Positions 17,868 to 28,308 of a DNA stretch of 64,000 nucleotides are shown here, piece by piece. The translations under genes and the position numbers were made by a program. The stretch lies in contig CAVOVB010000007.1 of assembly GCA_963699755.1 (NCBI GenBank), positions 160,001 to 224,000 on the forward strand, read 5' to 3'. Numbering within the stretch: the first letter of the stretch is position 1; every line of letters starts with the position of its first letter. The notes beneath the pieces are model-generated. The model made no database searches and was not told the origin of the DNA. It saw only the letters and a program-made list of their open reading frames with translations. This DNA comes from an uncultured delta proteobacterium. GTDB lineage: Bacteria; Myxococcota_A; Polyangia; Polyangiales; Houyiibacteriaceae.

Positions 17868-19262
17868 TCACTTCATCTCTGACGACAAGCGCCGTATCGC
17901 GGCGTCGAGCGACCGCGAGACACAAGTCTGGTCTCGGACGCGGGCCAGCATCGGCCAGGTCGCGCGTTCACCTTCGTGAATATGCTTCTCGAGCTCCTCG
18001 TGCGAAATGTTCGACATGGCTCGGAGGAGCGCGACCGGCCGAAGACGTGGGTGGATGTCGATGTCGCCACCGTAGGGCTGGCCTGCAAGCGAGTGCGCCA
18101 CATCGAAGGTGCTGTAGAGCGGCGTGCGCTTCGTGAGGTCGCGAGCGAGCTCGAGTTGGTGTGTGACCTGGGCGCGAACGCTCGAGACGATGATGCCTGA
18201 CACGACCGGGAACAGACCGCGCCGGCCGGTGACGCGGCGTACGGGCGCGACGTGCGGATTGACCTGGCTGACGATGAAGTGATTGACGTTGTGAAGTCGA
18301 CTTAGGCGACGCATTGGCAGGTCACCCTTGAGGGAGCCATCGATCCAGGTTTCGGTACCCATGTAGGGAACGCTTTCGCCGGACGGCGAGCGCTGCCGCA
18401 AGGTCGTCGCTGGAAACGCACCCGGGATGGCGGCCGAGGCCACCGCCGCGCTGTTCATGAGCACGTCGGGCGTCGTATAGTGGCAGAGCACCCGCGGCTT
18501 TTGGCGCTCGCGTGTGGGGGAAACGCTGATACTGACGGTGCGCCCCGTCCGAGCGTGGGCTTCGGCGAACGTGTAGTCGCCGCAGTTGTGGGCCACGACC
18601 TCTTCGAGGCGGGCAGGATCGTACACGGCGCGTTCGCGCGCGGCACGCTTGGGCGGAAGACGTTTCAACGCGTCGGTTCGGATGACCCGCGGATTGTCGA
18701 AGAGCGCTTTGAGTTCTTCGTCGGTTCGAACGCCCGTACCGCAGGCGATGAGAGCACCCATCGAAGCGCCGGACAGGACGTCGGGCAAGAGCCCCTGCTC
18801 GGACAAGGCCTTCACCACGCCGAGATGGAAGAAGCCCAGGGACGCGCCCCCCGAGAGCAGGAGCGCAGAGCGACCAAAGATGTGGGCCGCCCGCCGGAAA
18901 CCGGCGAGAGTGAATGCGGGCTCTAGTCCTGTCCGATTTGGGTCCGCCAAGTACTCGATGCAGGCGAGCGCCTCCTCGTAAAAGGCTTCGACTAGATACT
19001 TCGTCCCGAGGGGGGTCACTGAATAGAGCCGCGGGTCGGCCAGCTCGCCGAGGTGACGATACAGGGCCTCGCGCAATAGGGGCACCAAGTCCAGGGCCTT
19101 TTCTGCTTCGCGGGTACGGGTGAGCTCCTCGGTATGCTCGCGCAAGAGCCTGGCGTCGTATACGGACGACTTCGGTTCCGCCCGCCAAGCGCCGGCACCG
19201 GTCTTGGCCTCTAAGACTTCAACGTTTGCCCGCCATTCCTGGTAGCTGTCCACGTCGCTCAT
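17868..19262 (-). CDS. Patatin-like phospholipase with DUF3336 (TGL3/4-type triacylglycerol lipase)
   Basis: LSGGASLG oxyanion motif; GASMG nucleophile elbow; DGS; HFIVSQVNPH. Confidence 0.85.
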   Translation of the reverse strand: MSDVDSYQEWRANVEVLEAKTGAGAWRAEPKSSVYDARLLREHTEELTRTREAEKALDLVPLLREALYRHLGELADPRLYSVTPLGTKYLVEAFYEEALACIEYLADPNRTGLEPAFTLAGFRRAAHIFGRSALLLSGGASLGFFHLGVVKALSEQGLLPDVLSGASMGALIACGTGVRTDEELKALFDNPRVIRTDALKRLPPKRAARERAVYDPARLEEVVAHNCGDYTFAEAHARTGRTVSISVSPTRERQKPRVLCHYTTPDVLMNSAAVASAAIPGAFPATTLRQRSPSGESVPYMGTETWIDGSLKGDLPMRRLSRLHNVNHFIVSQVNPHVAPVRRVTGRRGLFPVVSGIIVSSVRAQVTHQLELARDLTKRTPLYSTFDVAHSLAGQPYGGDIDIHPRLRPVALLRAMSNISHEELEKHIHEGERATWPMLARVRDQTCVSRSLDAAIRRLSSEMK

Positions 19263-19307
19263 GTGCCAGAAATCGCCCCCCGGAAAAAGAGGACAGCTCC
19301 TCGCTGC

Positions 19308-21155
19308 TCAGGCCTTGCGCTTCTTGACCGTCTCGAAGAAGTTCTTGCCGGGATCGGGAGCGTCGGGGTTGAGCATGCCGCAACCTACCCGGTCTGCCGG
19401 GTCTCGTGGGTCATCGGACTCGGCCGAGAGGTCCGGAAGGCTCATCCCCGAACGGATGACTTCGATCGCGCGGTGGGTCGAAAGATAGACCCGGCCTTCG
19501 GAAGCGAGCTTCTCGAGGAGGCCGCTGCGGTGCAGGACGTCGCGGACCGGGCCTTTGATTCGGGTGAGCACCAGGCGGACGCCCTGAGCCGCAAGCTCTT
19601 CGTCCAGCTCCGCCAGGGTCGCGGCAGCCGCCGAGTCGAGGTCGTTCACCCCGGCTGCTTCGAGGACGAAAGCTCGAACCGGTGTCTCGGCGTCGCGGAG
19701 CAGACCGCGAACCGTTTCTTTGAGAAAGCTCACGTTGCCGAAATAGAATTGGGCGTCGATGCGGACCAGGATGATGCCCGGAATCGTTTCGGCGTGCGGG
19801 TGGCGCGCGACGTTCAGATAGGTCTGCGACTCCGGAACACGTCCGAGCACGGCGAAGTGGGGTTGCGTCGTGCGCACGAGAAAGAGCAGAACCGATGCGG
19901 CGACGCCGACCAGAATGCCCCACTGAATGCCAAGGGACAGAGTCGCGAAAAACGTGAGAACGAGCAGATAGAAGTCGGCGCGTTTGACTCGATAGACCTC
20001 TCTGGCGCCGGGAATGTCGATCAGGCCCGTGACCGCCGCGACGATGATCGCGCTGAGCGCCGCCTTGGGCAGATAGAAGAAGGCGCTTGTCAGAAAGAGA
20101 AGCGTGATGACGACCACTGCGCACGTGACCAGCGCGGCAAGCTGTGTACGCGCCCCGGCACGGACGTTCACCGCGGTGCGCGAGAAGCCTCCTGCGATCG
20201 GGTAGCCGCCCGTCACACCGCCCGTCATGTTGGCAAAGCCTAGCGCGATGAGCTCACGGTTCGGATAGATGTCGTACCGAAATTGCTGGGCGAAAGTCGT
20301 ACCAACGGAGATCGCCTCCATGAATGAGACCAAGGCAATGGTCGCTGCTGCTGGAATTAGCTTTGTGAGGATTGCAGAGTCGACCGAAGGCACGTGCAAG
20401 CCCGGCAAGCCGGCCGGAACCTCGCCAACGACCGATACCCCAGCGGTGGAGAGGCCAAGCAGCCAAACCACGAGTGTCGAGAGGACGACGACGACCAAAG
20501 CTGCCGGCACGCGCGGCCAACGCTTCTTGATCAGTAAGAGCGCCGCAATCGATGACACGCCGATCGCGAGCGTCGGCCAAGACCAGGTGGATGTGCTCCG
20601 GATCGCCTCCCAAACCACCCTGTGAACGTGATGGGTACGAGGAAGTTGGACACCGAGCAGATGGCCGAGCTGGCTCGCGGCAATGATGAGCGCGGCGGCG
20701 GCGGTGAAGCCCGCCACGACCGGGCGGGAGAGGAAATTCACGAGGAAACCGGCGCGGAGAAAACCGAGCCCGGCCTGAACGACGCCGACCATCACCCCGA
20801 GAGCGGCGGCCGCCACGATGTAGCTCTCGGTCCCGAGGGCGGCGATCGTGCCGACGCTGGCGGCGACCAGGATCGAGTCCATCGCCACGGGCCCCACCGC
20901 GAGGTGTCGTGAGGTGCCAAGCACGGCGTAGAGCAAGAGCGGCGCGACGGAGGCATAGAGGCCCTGAATCGGCGGAAGACCGGCGAGGAGCGCGTAGCCC
21001 ATCGCCTGAGGGACCAACATGACCGCTGTCGTCAGTCCGGCCACGAAATCGGGCCCGAAGTCCGCGCGCTGGTAGTTTCGGAGCCAGTCGACGATGGGCA
21101 GCGCAGAAACCCCCAAGCCGCGTGGCGACGAAGTCGCTTTGCGGGCTTGGCTCAT
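19308..21155 (-). CDS. sulP: SulP family anion permease with STAS domain
   Basis: PQAMGYA.LAGLP, GGFSRTAVN, YFGN, D.DS STAS motifs. Confidence 0.95.
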   Translation of the reverse strand: MSQARKATSSPRGLGVSALPIVDWLRNYQRADFGPDFVAGLTTAVMLVPQAMGYALLAGLPPIQGLYASVAPLLLYAVLGTSRHLAVGPVAMDSILVAASVGTIAALGTESYIVAAAALGVMVGVVQAGLGFLRAGFLVNFLSRPVVAGFTAAAALIIAASQLGHLLGVQLPRTHHVHRVVWEAIRSTSTWSWPTLAIGVSSIAALLLIKKRWPRVPAALVVVVLSTLVVWLLGLSTAGVSVVGEVPAGLPGLHVPSVDSAILTKLIPAAATIALVSFMEAISVGTTFAQQFRYDIYPNRELIALGFANMTGGVTGGYPIAGGFSRTAVNVRAGARTQLAALVTCAVVVITLLFLTSAFFYLPKAALSAIIVAAVTGLIDIPGAREVYRVKRADFYLLVLTFFATLSLGIQWGILVGVAASVLLFLVRTTQPHFAVLGRVPESQTYLNVARHPHAETIPGIILVRIDAQFYFGNVSFLKETVRGLLRDAETPVRAFVLEAAGVNDLDSAAAATLAELDEELAAQGVRLVLTRIKGPVRDVLHRSGLLEKLASEGRVYLSTHRAIEVIRSGMSLPDLSAESDDPRDPADRVGCGMLNPDAPDPGKNFFETVKKRKA

Positions 21156-21625
21156 CCGTCAATCATGGCAGCGGCTTGCGAATCGACGGTGCCCCCGCTT
21201 CGTTTCTCGCGGATGCGCGTGAAGAGCTGATACGCGCCCACGCCGACCAGCATCGCAAGACCAAAGGTCAATGCAGCCTGCGATCCGGCCCCCACCGAAG
21301 TGAACGCCGGACCGGGGCAGTAGCCTCCAAGGCCCCAGCCGACACCGAAGATCGCGGAACCGAGAATGAGCCGGGCGTCGATGTCCTTGCGCGTAGGCAG
21401 GGAGAACGCCGGCGCCCAAATCGGCCTTTGCCAGGTTCGAATCGCCCAGCGGTAGACAGGCGTGTACACGACGATGGCGCCGAGCATCACGAAGGCCAGA
21501 CTGGGATCCCAAGCACCGAAGAAGTCGAAGAAGCCGACAATCTTGGCGGGCTGGGTCATGCCGGCGATGGCGAGACCCACCCCGAACAGCGCTCCTCCGA
21601 GGAACGCGCCTATCTTGACCTTCAT
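21152..21625 (-). CDS. YeeE/YedE family sulfur-compound transporter, half-size subunit
   Basis: GM..P.KI..F.D..G.WDPSL; FG.GWG..G.CPGP. Confidence 0.9.
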   Translation of the reverse strand: MKVKIGAFLGGALFGVGLAIAGMTQPAKIVGFFDFFGAWDPSLAFVMLGAIVVYTPVYRWAIRTWQRPIWAPAFSLPTRKDIDARLILGSAIFGVGWGLGGYCPGPAFTSVGAGSQAALTFGLAMLVGVGAYQLFTRIREKRSGGTVDSQAAAMIDG

Positions 21626-22062
21626 ACCGAACCTCCCAGCACTTCATTGATGACGAAGACGGTGAGCGCAGCGGTGATCATGAACGAGATGGTGGCCACG
21701 GTGGATCGCTTCGACAGACGACCGATTCCGCAAACACCGTGACCGCTGGTGCAGCCGCTCCCGAGCTGAGTGCCGATGCCTACTGCGAGGCCGGCGACGA
21801 TCAATGCAGGGGTCGAGCGACTGATCTCGACCAAATAGTCCTGCGGATAGAAACGGCTCCAACCTGCGCCCGCGGCAAATAGTCCGATCAGAAACATGAC
21901 GCGCCAGGAAATGTCGCCCGCCTCTCGACGGAAGATGCCGCCCGCGATGCCGCTGATGCCGGCGATCCGGCCGTGGAACAGGAGCAAACCGGCCGCTGCG
22001 GTGCCGATCATCAAGCCTCCGAGGGTGGAAGCGATGGGTGTGAAGGATTGCATGGTGCTCAT
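21622..22062 (-). CDS. YeeE/YedE family sulfur-compound transporter, half-size subunit
   Basis: [27 protein letters not shown]. Confidence 0.9.
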   Translation of the reverse strand: MSTMQSFTPIASTLGGLMIGTAAAGLLLFHGRIAGISGIAGGIFRREAGDISWRVMFLIGLFAAGAGWSRFYPQDYLVEISRSTPALIVAGLAVGIGTQLGSGCTSGHGVCGIGRLSKRSTVATISFMITAALTVFVINEVLGGSV

Positions 22063-22193
22063 TCAAAGCAGCACCGGTGCAAGATCGCCAGCCCTTTATG
22101 TGGCTTGGGTTTGCCGTGAGGCCCGAGTCCTGTTATTTCAGTGACTTAGCTCCGGTTCGCATCGAGCACCGGAGCGACATCAGGAGACCATCC

Positions 22194-23252
22194 ATGCTAC
22201 TTCGGCAACTCTTTGATCACGAGACCTGGACCTACACGTACCTGCTTGCAGATGAAGAATCGGGCGAGGCCGTCTTGATCGACCCGGTGATCGACCAGCT
22301 CGAACGCGACATCAAGCTCCTCGACGAGCTCGGCTTGAAGCTCGTTTACACCTTGGACACGCATACGCACGCCGATCACATCACGGGCTCCGGGCTCTTG
22401 CGCAAGCGCCTGGGCAGCAAGGCTGTGATCGGCGCGAAGGCCGGCGCGGAAGGAGCGGACTTGTTGGTGGAAGACGGAAGCCGTCTGCAGTTCGGCTCGC
22501 TCGAGCTCGAGGTTCGCGCGACACCGGGTCACACCGATGGTTGTGTGACCTTCGTAACCGGGGACCACAGGCATGCGTTCACGGGAGACGCGCTGTTCAT
22601 TCGCGGCACCGGCCGAACCGACTTCCAGCAGGGCAGCGCACACCGACTTTATCGTTCGATCCACGACAAGATCTTCACCCTACCCGATGACACGATCATC
22701 TGGCCCGGGCATGACTACCGAGGAATGACGTTCACCACGGTGGGCGAAGAGAAACGATTGAACCCGCGCGTCGGCGACGGGAGGACCGAAGCGGAGTTCG
22801 CCGAGATCATGGACAATCTCAACCTGCCCACGCCCAAGAAGCTCGACGTCGCCGTCCCTGCGAATCTGCACTGTGGCATCGTCCCGCCGACCTCGATGTC
22901 CGGCGATCCGCTTCCCGAGCGCGGTTGGGCCGCGATCGAGCGGAGCCCCCAAGGCATCCCGGAGGTCTCGATCGGATGGGTTGCGGAGAACAAAGGCGCG
23001 GTCCGAATGGTGGACGTTCGGGAGCTCGACGAAGCCGAGTCCGACGGCAAGATCGAAGGCGTGGACGTCGTTCCGATGGGAACCGTGGGCGAAGCGTCGA
23101 AGGCCTGGGACAAGGAGATCCCGGTGATCACGATCTGCCGTTCCGGCCGGCGTTCGGGGCGGGTCGCGCTCGAGCTCGAGAAGCTCGGGTTCAAGCGCAT
23201 CGCCTCCATGCGCGGCGGCATGGTCGCCTGGCAGAGCCAAGAGCGGCGCTAG
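22194..23252 (+). CDS. Persulfide dioxygenase (ETHE1-like MBL fold) fused to a C-terminal rhodanese
   Basis: TYTYLL, IDPV, HTHADH, TPGHT, GRTDFQ, PGHDY; rhodanese loop CRSGRRS; RBS AGGAG. Confidence 0.9.
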   Translation: MLLRQLFDHETWTYTYLLADEESGEAVLIDPVIDQLERDIKLLDELGLKLVYTLDTHTHADHITGSGLLRKRLGSKAVIGAKAGAEGADLLVEDGSRLQFGSLELEVRATPGHTDGCVTFVTGDHRHAFTGDALFIRGTGRTDFQQGSAHRLYRSIHDKIFTLPDDTIIWPGHDYRGMTFTTVGEEKRLNPRVGDGRTEAEFAEIMDNLNLPTPKKLDVAVPANLHCGIVPPTSMSGDPLPERGWAAIERSPQGIPEVSIGWVAENKGAVRMVDVRELDEAESDGKIEGVDVVPMGTVGEASKAWDKEIPVITICRSGRRSGRVALELEKLGFKRIASMRGGMVAWQSQERR

Positions 23253-23899
23253 TGTCGCTGCGCGGTCGCGGGAACGGCGAGCCAAGCTTCGACGTCCTCG
23301 GGGCGGACCGGATCCTCGCCGCGCAGGTAGCGCTCGAGGTGAGGGATGCCGTCCGTTCCCCAGAATAGCTCATCTTCAACGACCATCGTCGGAACGCCAA
23401 AGACGCCGAGCTCGATGGCCTCTCGGCTAGCATCGTGGAGGCGCCGCTTGATCGCGGGATCGCGGATGCGTTCGAGAGCGTCTGGCACACCGGCCTCGTC
23501 GCAGAGCTCGGCGACGACCTCAGCGGAGCCTATGTCGCGACTTTCGGCCCAGGCCGCATCGAAGAGCCTGGTAACCAGGAGCTTGCGGGTCTCGTCGTCC
23601 ATGTCGAGGAGGGTGGCGCGCAGCGAGGGGAGCGGATTGAACGGATGCGAACAGACTGGCGCGAAGGGCACACTCAGTTGCGCAGCTGCCCGAAGGCAGT
23701 CCTTGAACATGTAGATTCGCTTGGACGGGATTTCCGCAGGCCCCTTGTGACCGTGATGATTGAGCAGGCCTGCGAGGAGCGTGGGCTTGGGCTCCACTCG
23801 TAGACCGTGCCTTATCGCGACGCCCTCGAGCTGCCGCCAGGCCAGGTAACTGTAGGGCGAGATGTAGTCGAAATGAAAACGAAGAATGCGCTTCGGCAT
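23249..23899 (-). CDS. 2-hydroxychromene-2-carboxylate isomerase / GST-kappa (DsbA-like)
   Basis: [21 protein letters not shown]. Confidence 0.85.
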   Translation of the reverse strand: MPKRILRFHFDYISPYSYLAWRQLEGVAIRHGLRVEPKPTLLAGLLNHHGHKGPAEIPSKRIYMFKDCLRAAAQLSVPFAPVCSHPFNPLPSLRATLLDMDDETRKLLVTRLFDAAWAESRDIGSAEVVAELCDEAGVPDALERIRDPAIKRRLHDASREAIELGVFGVPTMVVEDELFWGTDGIPHLERYLRGEDPVRPEDVEAWLAVPATAQRH

Positions 23900-23964
23900 G
23901 CCTATCGAACGCATACCCACGATGCCAACGCCGCACAAGCACAAACGGGTGCTAGCCTGAGGAC

Positions 23965-24696
23965 ATGTTCGAGATGAGCACGGTCGCCGTCCTGGTCGTG
24001 GCCTGCTTCGTGACAGCTACGATCTCCGGAATCCTGGGGATGGCTGGCGGAGTCACCCTCCTCGGCGTGATGACGGCCCTCCTTCCTGCTCCGGTGGTCG
24101 TGCCGCTTCACGGCATCGTGCAACTCGCTTCGAATTGGACCCGGACCTGGGCGTTCCGTCGGTATGTTCGCTGGCAGATCTTCTTCGCGTTCATGATTCC
24201 TGCCGTCCTGGGCGTGGCCATCGCCGCCAACATCTGGTCCGATTTGAAGCTCACCTGGTTCCGTGCCTGGGTTGGCGCGTTCATCTTATTCTTCTTGGCC
24301 TGGCGCCAGTACAAGCCAAAGCTTCGGAATCCTCCGATCTGGTCCTACGCCCTGCTGGGGCTGGCCGCCGGGCTGCTTGCGATCTTCGTTGGCGCCACGG
24401 GCCCGTTCTTGGCGCCCTTTTTTCTACGCGATGATTTCGACAACGAGCAGGTCATCGCGACCAAAGCGGTCTGCCAGACCTGGCTGCACCTCTTGAAGAT
24501 CCCGGCCTTCCTCGCCTTGAGCTTCGACTACGCGCCCTATGCGCCCATGCTCGTGGGCCTGGTCGTCGCGGTGATCGGCGGCACGTATTTCGGTAAACAC
24601 TTATTGAGTCGGATCCCGAAGGAACGCTTCGTCTTCTGGTTCCAGCTCGTGCTCGCCATTCTCGCGGTCTACCTGATCTTCTCTACCGTGCGCTGA
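23965..24696 (+). CDS. TauE/SafE family sulfite exporter
   Basis: SG.LG..GG; P.HG.VQ; GATGP; multi-TM. Confidence 0.85.
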   Translation: MFEMSTVAVLVVACFVTATISGILGMAGGVTLLGVMTALLPAPVVVPLHGIVQLASNWTRTWAFRRYVRWQIFFAFMIPAVLGVAIAANIWSDLKLTWFRAWVGAFILFFLAWRQYKPKLRNPPIWSYALLGLAAGLLAIFVGATGPFLAPFFLRDDFDNEQVIATKAVCQTWLHLLKIPAFLALSFDYAPYAPMLVGLVVAVIGGTYFGKHLLSRIPKERFVFWFQLVLAILAVYLIFSTVR

Positions 24697-24699
24697 GAC

Positions 24700-25113
24700 T
24701 CAGGTTCCGAGGATCGTGACAGCGACGGTCCTGTGTCGGCGCGGGCCGTCGAGCTCGCAGAAGAAGACGTTCTGCCACGTCGACAGGTTCAGCTTTCCAC
24801 GCCGAATCGGAATCGATTCGCTCGGACCGACAATGCCGGCCTGAATGTGTGAAGCCCCGTTGCCATCGATCCGATCGTGGAGCCAGACCCCTTTGGGAAC
24901 GAGCTTGTCGAGACAGCTCACGACGTCTTTACCAATGTTGGGATCGTCGTTTTCCTGAATCATCAACGCCGCCGTCGCGCCGTGGGCGTAGAGGGCACAG
25001 AGCCCTTCTTGGACGCCGGACGCATCAACGATCTGCTGGGCCTCGCCGGTGAGATCGACGAGCTCGCGTTCCAAACTGGTGGAAAGCGTGATCGTATCGG
25101 TGAAGAGCTTCAT
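24700..25113 (-). CDS. yjbQ: YjbQ (UPF0047) secondary thiamine-phosphate synthase family
   Basis: TAAL.IQEN.DP; NG.SHI; L.TWQ..FF.ELDGPR. Confidence 0.9.
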   Translation of the reverse strand: MKLFTDTITLSTSLERELVDLTGEAQQIVDASGVQEGLCALYAHGATAALMIQENDDPNIGKDVVSCLDKLVPKGVWLHDRIDGNGASHIQAGIVGPSESIPIRRGKLNLSTWQNVFFCELDGPRRHRTVAVTILGT

Positions 25114-25158
25114 ACGAGTAGCGCATACCCACGATGCGACTACAACTCAAGACGAACC

Positions 25159-25908
25159 ATGAATCTAGCCGGACGAACGCTCTTGCTTACCGGCGGGGGC
25201 ACGGGGATTGGGCGCGCGCTCGCGCAGCAGCTCTCCGACAGGCAGAACACCATCTTGATCTGCGGAAGGCGACTCGAGCTTCTCAGGGAGACCGCAGCGC
25301 ATTCGAGTGGCATTCACCCATACCGCTGCGACCTGACTAGCTCGGAGGAGATCCAGCAGATGCTCGCCGCGATCGAGCGTGACGGGCATCAGGTCGACAC
25401 GCTGATCAGCAACGCCGCGATCTTGGGTTTTGATTCGCTGGCAGGTGGCGTCGACTTGGAGGAAGCTAAGAAGATCATCGACGCAAACCTATTTGCCCCG
25501 ATCGAGCTCACCCAGAGGATGCTCGACGCACTCCGCGCGACCGAGGACCCGACGATTGTAATCGTAGGATCGCCAGCGGGCCTCGGTCCATTGGCCACTA
25601 CGCCGATCTACAGCAGCAGCAAAGCCGGCCTTCACGCGTATACGCTCTGCCTTCGCCACCACCTCGGGGACGAGATCCGAGTCATCGAGGTGTTTCCCCC
25701 AACCGTCGACACACCGATGCTCGCCGAGAAAAATTGGAAGAAGATGAGCTCGGAGGAATGTGCGCGCCGGATGCTGCGCGACATCGAACGGGGCCACGAG
25801 GAGATCTGGATCGGCGAGAGCCGGTTGTTTCGTTTCCTGCGGCTCGTGCTTCCGCCTGCGCGCTTGTTCCGACTCGTCAACGACTGGTCGCCACCTGAAG
25901 GAGACTAG
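25159..25908 (+). CDS. Short-chain dehydrogenase (DltE-like)
   Basis: TGGGTGIG; NAA; YSSSK; E.FPP.VDT. Confidence 0.85.
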   Translation: MNLAGRTLLLTGGGTGIGRALAQQLSDRQNTILICGRRLELLRETAAHSSGIHPYRCDLTSSEEIQQMLAAIERDGHQVDTLISNAAILGFDSLAGGVDLEEAKKIIDANLFAPIELTQRMLDALRATEDPTIVIVGSPAGLGPLATTPIYSSSKAGLHAYTLCLRHHLGDEIRVIEVFPPTVDTPMLAEKNWKKMSSEECARRMLRDIERGHEEIWIGESRLFRFLRLVLPPARLFRLVNDWSPPEGD

Positions 25909-25914
25909 GCATCC

Positions 25915-27132
25915 TCAAGAACGCTTCGGCTTGAAGAGATCCGTGCTCTCTTGTAGCAACGCTGAAAAGACCGCTCCCAGACCACCGAAGCGCAGGATCG
26001 GGCTCTTTCCCTGCGCGAGCAGTCCCATCTGAGCCACGCTCATCATCGCCTCGGAGGCCCCGCCCAATCTGCCGAGACCAGGCATGACTGGTGGATCGGC
26101 CGCCCGATCGGTTCGCCCATCGAGAAGGTCCCGGGCCACGCTCGGGTCGTTGGTGAATGGACGAGCCATCCCGACGACGTCGAGCGCACCGCTTGCAAGC
26201 GCGTCTTCCATGATCGCGCGAGAACGGAAACCGCCAGTTACCATCATCGGAATGTTCACCTCCGCCCGCGCCTTCCTAGCGTACTCGAGGAAAAATGCCT
26301 CCCGGTGGTTCTCCACCTTGTCGAGCATGACGCGGGACTCGTAGCTGCCACCGGAAATTTCGACGAGATCGATGCGGTCTTCTTGAAGCATACCGAGCAC
26401 GCGCATCGATTCCTCTTCCGTGAAACCACCCCGCTGGAAGTCCGCCGAGTTGAGCTTGATGCCGATCGGGAAGTCATCGCCGACCGCCAAGCGAATCTCA
26501 CCGAGCACTGCACGCGCAAAACGAGCGCGGTTTTCGAGCGAGCCACCCCAGCGATCAGAGCGCAGATTGGTCAGCGGCGAGAGAAACTGGCTCACCAGAT
26601 AGCCGTGCGCGCCATGCACTTGCACGCCGGTGAAGCCTGCGGCCTTGGCGAAGGCAGCCGCACTGGCAAAGCTCCGGATAGCCCGTCCGATTTCCGCCTC
26701 ATCCATCGCGTGCGGCTTGCCAAACGCCTTGGCACGACGAAACAGATTGACCGGCTCGACGGCCGAAGGGGCGCCCGGGTTTGGATTCAGGTGGCGTGGC
26801 GTTTGACGACCGGGATGGTTCAGCTGCATCCAGAGATGATTGCCCTGGACCGTCCCCGCCTCCGCCCATTCGCGGAACCGATCGATGTTCGAGTCGGGTC
26901 CGATCGCCACGTTTCGGACCCCCTCCAGATGTGCTCGGTCGATCATCACGTTGCCCGTGATCAAGAGCCCAGCGCCGCCCGCAGACCAGCGCTCGTAGAG
27001 CCGGACCAGGCCTCGCCCTGGCGACTGCTTGGTCGACGCCAAGTGCTCGCTCATCGCAGCCTTGGCGATGCGGTTTGGAAGAGTCGCTCCGCAAGGCAAG
27101 CTCAGCGGTTCATTCAATACGGACGAAGTCAT
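25915..27132 (-). CDS. NADH:flavin oxidoreductase (Old Yellow Enzyme family)
   Basis: NRIAKAAMSE; QLNHPGRQ; HGAHGYL.SQFLSP; WGGSLENR. Confidence 0.9.
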   Translation of the reverse strand: MTSSVLNEPLSLPCGATLPNRIAKAAMSEHLASTKQSPGRGLVRLYERWSAGGAGLLITGNVMIDRAHLEGVRNVAIGPDSNIDRFREWAEAGTVQGNHLWMQLNHPGRQTPRHLNPNPGAPSAVEPVNLFRRAKAFGKPHAMDEAEIGRAIRSFASAAAFAKAAGFTGVQVHGAHGYLVSQFLSPLTNLRSDRWGGSLENRARFARAVLGEIRLAVGDDFPIGIKLNSADFQRGGFTEEESMRVLGMLQEDRIDLVEISGGSYESRVMLDKVENHREAFFLEYARKARAEVNIPMMVTGGFRSRAIMEDALASGALDVVGMARPFTNDPSVARDLLDGRTDRAADPPVMPGLGRLGGASEAMMSVAQMGLLAQGKSPILRFGGLGAVFSALLQESTDLFKPKRS

Positions 27133-27229
27133 GTCTAACCTGGCTCGTCGCCGCTGGGACTCGACCTCTGCAGCGCAATGACGTAAATGACAGAGCCGCG
27201 CATCGAGTCAAATGCGCACGAGGTGGGCG

Positions 27230-28306
27230 ATGGCCTTCGCAGACGAAGATCGAGATATCGGGCAAACCGCGAGCGCCTTGCGGAGTTGGCTGGCCCCCAA
27301 GCTATCGGTGCCCGTAGACGAGATCCGCATCGAGGATCTCGACGCACCGCTGAGCACCGGATTCTCGAGCGACACCCTACTCTTCGATCTCGTCTACCCA
27401 AAGGACGGCGCAGAGCGTCGAGAGGGGTTGGTCGTGAGGCTGGAGCCCGAAGAGTACGTGATGTTTCCGTACTACGACGTTGGGCTGCAGGCGAAGGTCC
27501 TGCAGCGTCTCAAAGACACCGATGTTCCCGTGCCCATCGTGCGCTGGTTCGAGGGGGACAAATCGGCTCTTGGGGTTCCGTTCTACGTGATGAATCGAGT
27601 CGAGGGACGAATCCCGACGGACAATCCACCCATGCACGACGAAGGCTGGCTCGCCGAGGAAACCTCCGAAGCAGAGCGGACCGCCATTTGGTGGAACGGC
27701 TTTGAAGCCATGTGCCAGGTACATCGCCTCGACTGGCAGGCTCTCGGCTTTGATTTCCTGGCCGAGCCGAGGCGCGGTGATACGCCTCTCGACCAGCAGC
27801 TCGACTACTGGCAGGAGTACTTTCGATGGGGCATGGAGGCTTCTCGACATCCCGACATTGCGCGGGCGCTCGAATACCTCGAGGCAAACAAGCCCGAGGA
27901 AGAGCTGATTGCGCTCTGTTGGGGGGACTCGCGGCTCGCGAACCAGATCTTCGACGGAGTCGACTGCGTCGCGGTGCTCGATTGGGAAATGGCCAGGCTA
28001 GGCGACCCCGTGCAGGACCTCGCCTGGTGGCTCGCGTCCGACCGATGCTTCAGCGAGGGCCTGGAGCTCGAGCGCCTTTCCGGTTTTCCCGGCAAGGAAG
28101 AGTCGATCGCGCGCTGGAAAGAAGCCACTGGCCACAGCGCTGCGAACTTCGAGTACTACTCCATTCTGGCGCTCACGCGTTTCTCGATGAACATGGCGCG
28201 CGTCGGACAATACATGAAGCAGATCGAAATCATAGATGAAGAGAATGAATTCGACTATGAAAACTTGGCATCGATCACTCTGCGACGCGCACTTTCGGAG
28301 CTTTGA
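27230..28306 (+). CDS. APH-family phosphotransferase (ACAD10/11 kinase-like)
   Basis: G.PFYVM; WGDSRLAN; LDWE motifs; RBS GAGGTG before ATG27230. Confidence 0.85.
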   Translation: MAFADEDRDIGQTASALRSWLAPKLSVPVDEIRIEDLDAPLSTGFSSDTLLFDLVYPKDGAERREGLVVRLEPEEYVMFPYYDVGLQAKVLQRLKDTDVPVPIVRWFEGDKSALGVPFYVMNRVEGRIPTDNPPMHDEGWLAEETSEAERTAIWWNGFEAMCQVHRLDWQALGFDFLAEPRRGDTPLDQQLDYWQEYFRWGMEASRHPDIARALEYLEANKPEEELIALCWGDSRLANQIFDGVDCVAVLDWEMARLGDPVQDLAWWLASDRCFSEGLELERLSGFPGKEESIARWKEATGHSAANFEYYSILALTRFSMNMARVGQYMKQIEIIDEENEFDYENLASITLRRALSEL

Positions 28307-28308
28307 AA

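Noticed and set aside
27178..27212. AATGAC repeats and a TGAC...GTCA pair in the OYE/APH divergent region
   Set aside because: Too short and degenerate to support without comparative data.
27230..28306. Aminoglycoside resistance gene
   Set aside because: Motifs and the lipid-gene context fit ACAD10/11-like metabolic kinases.
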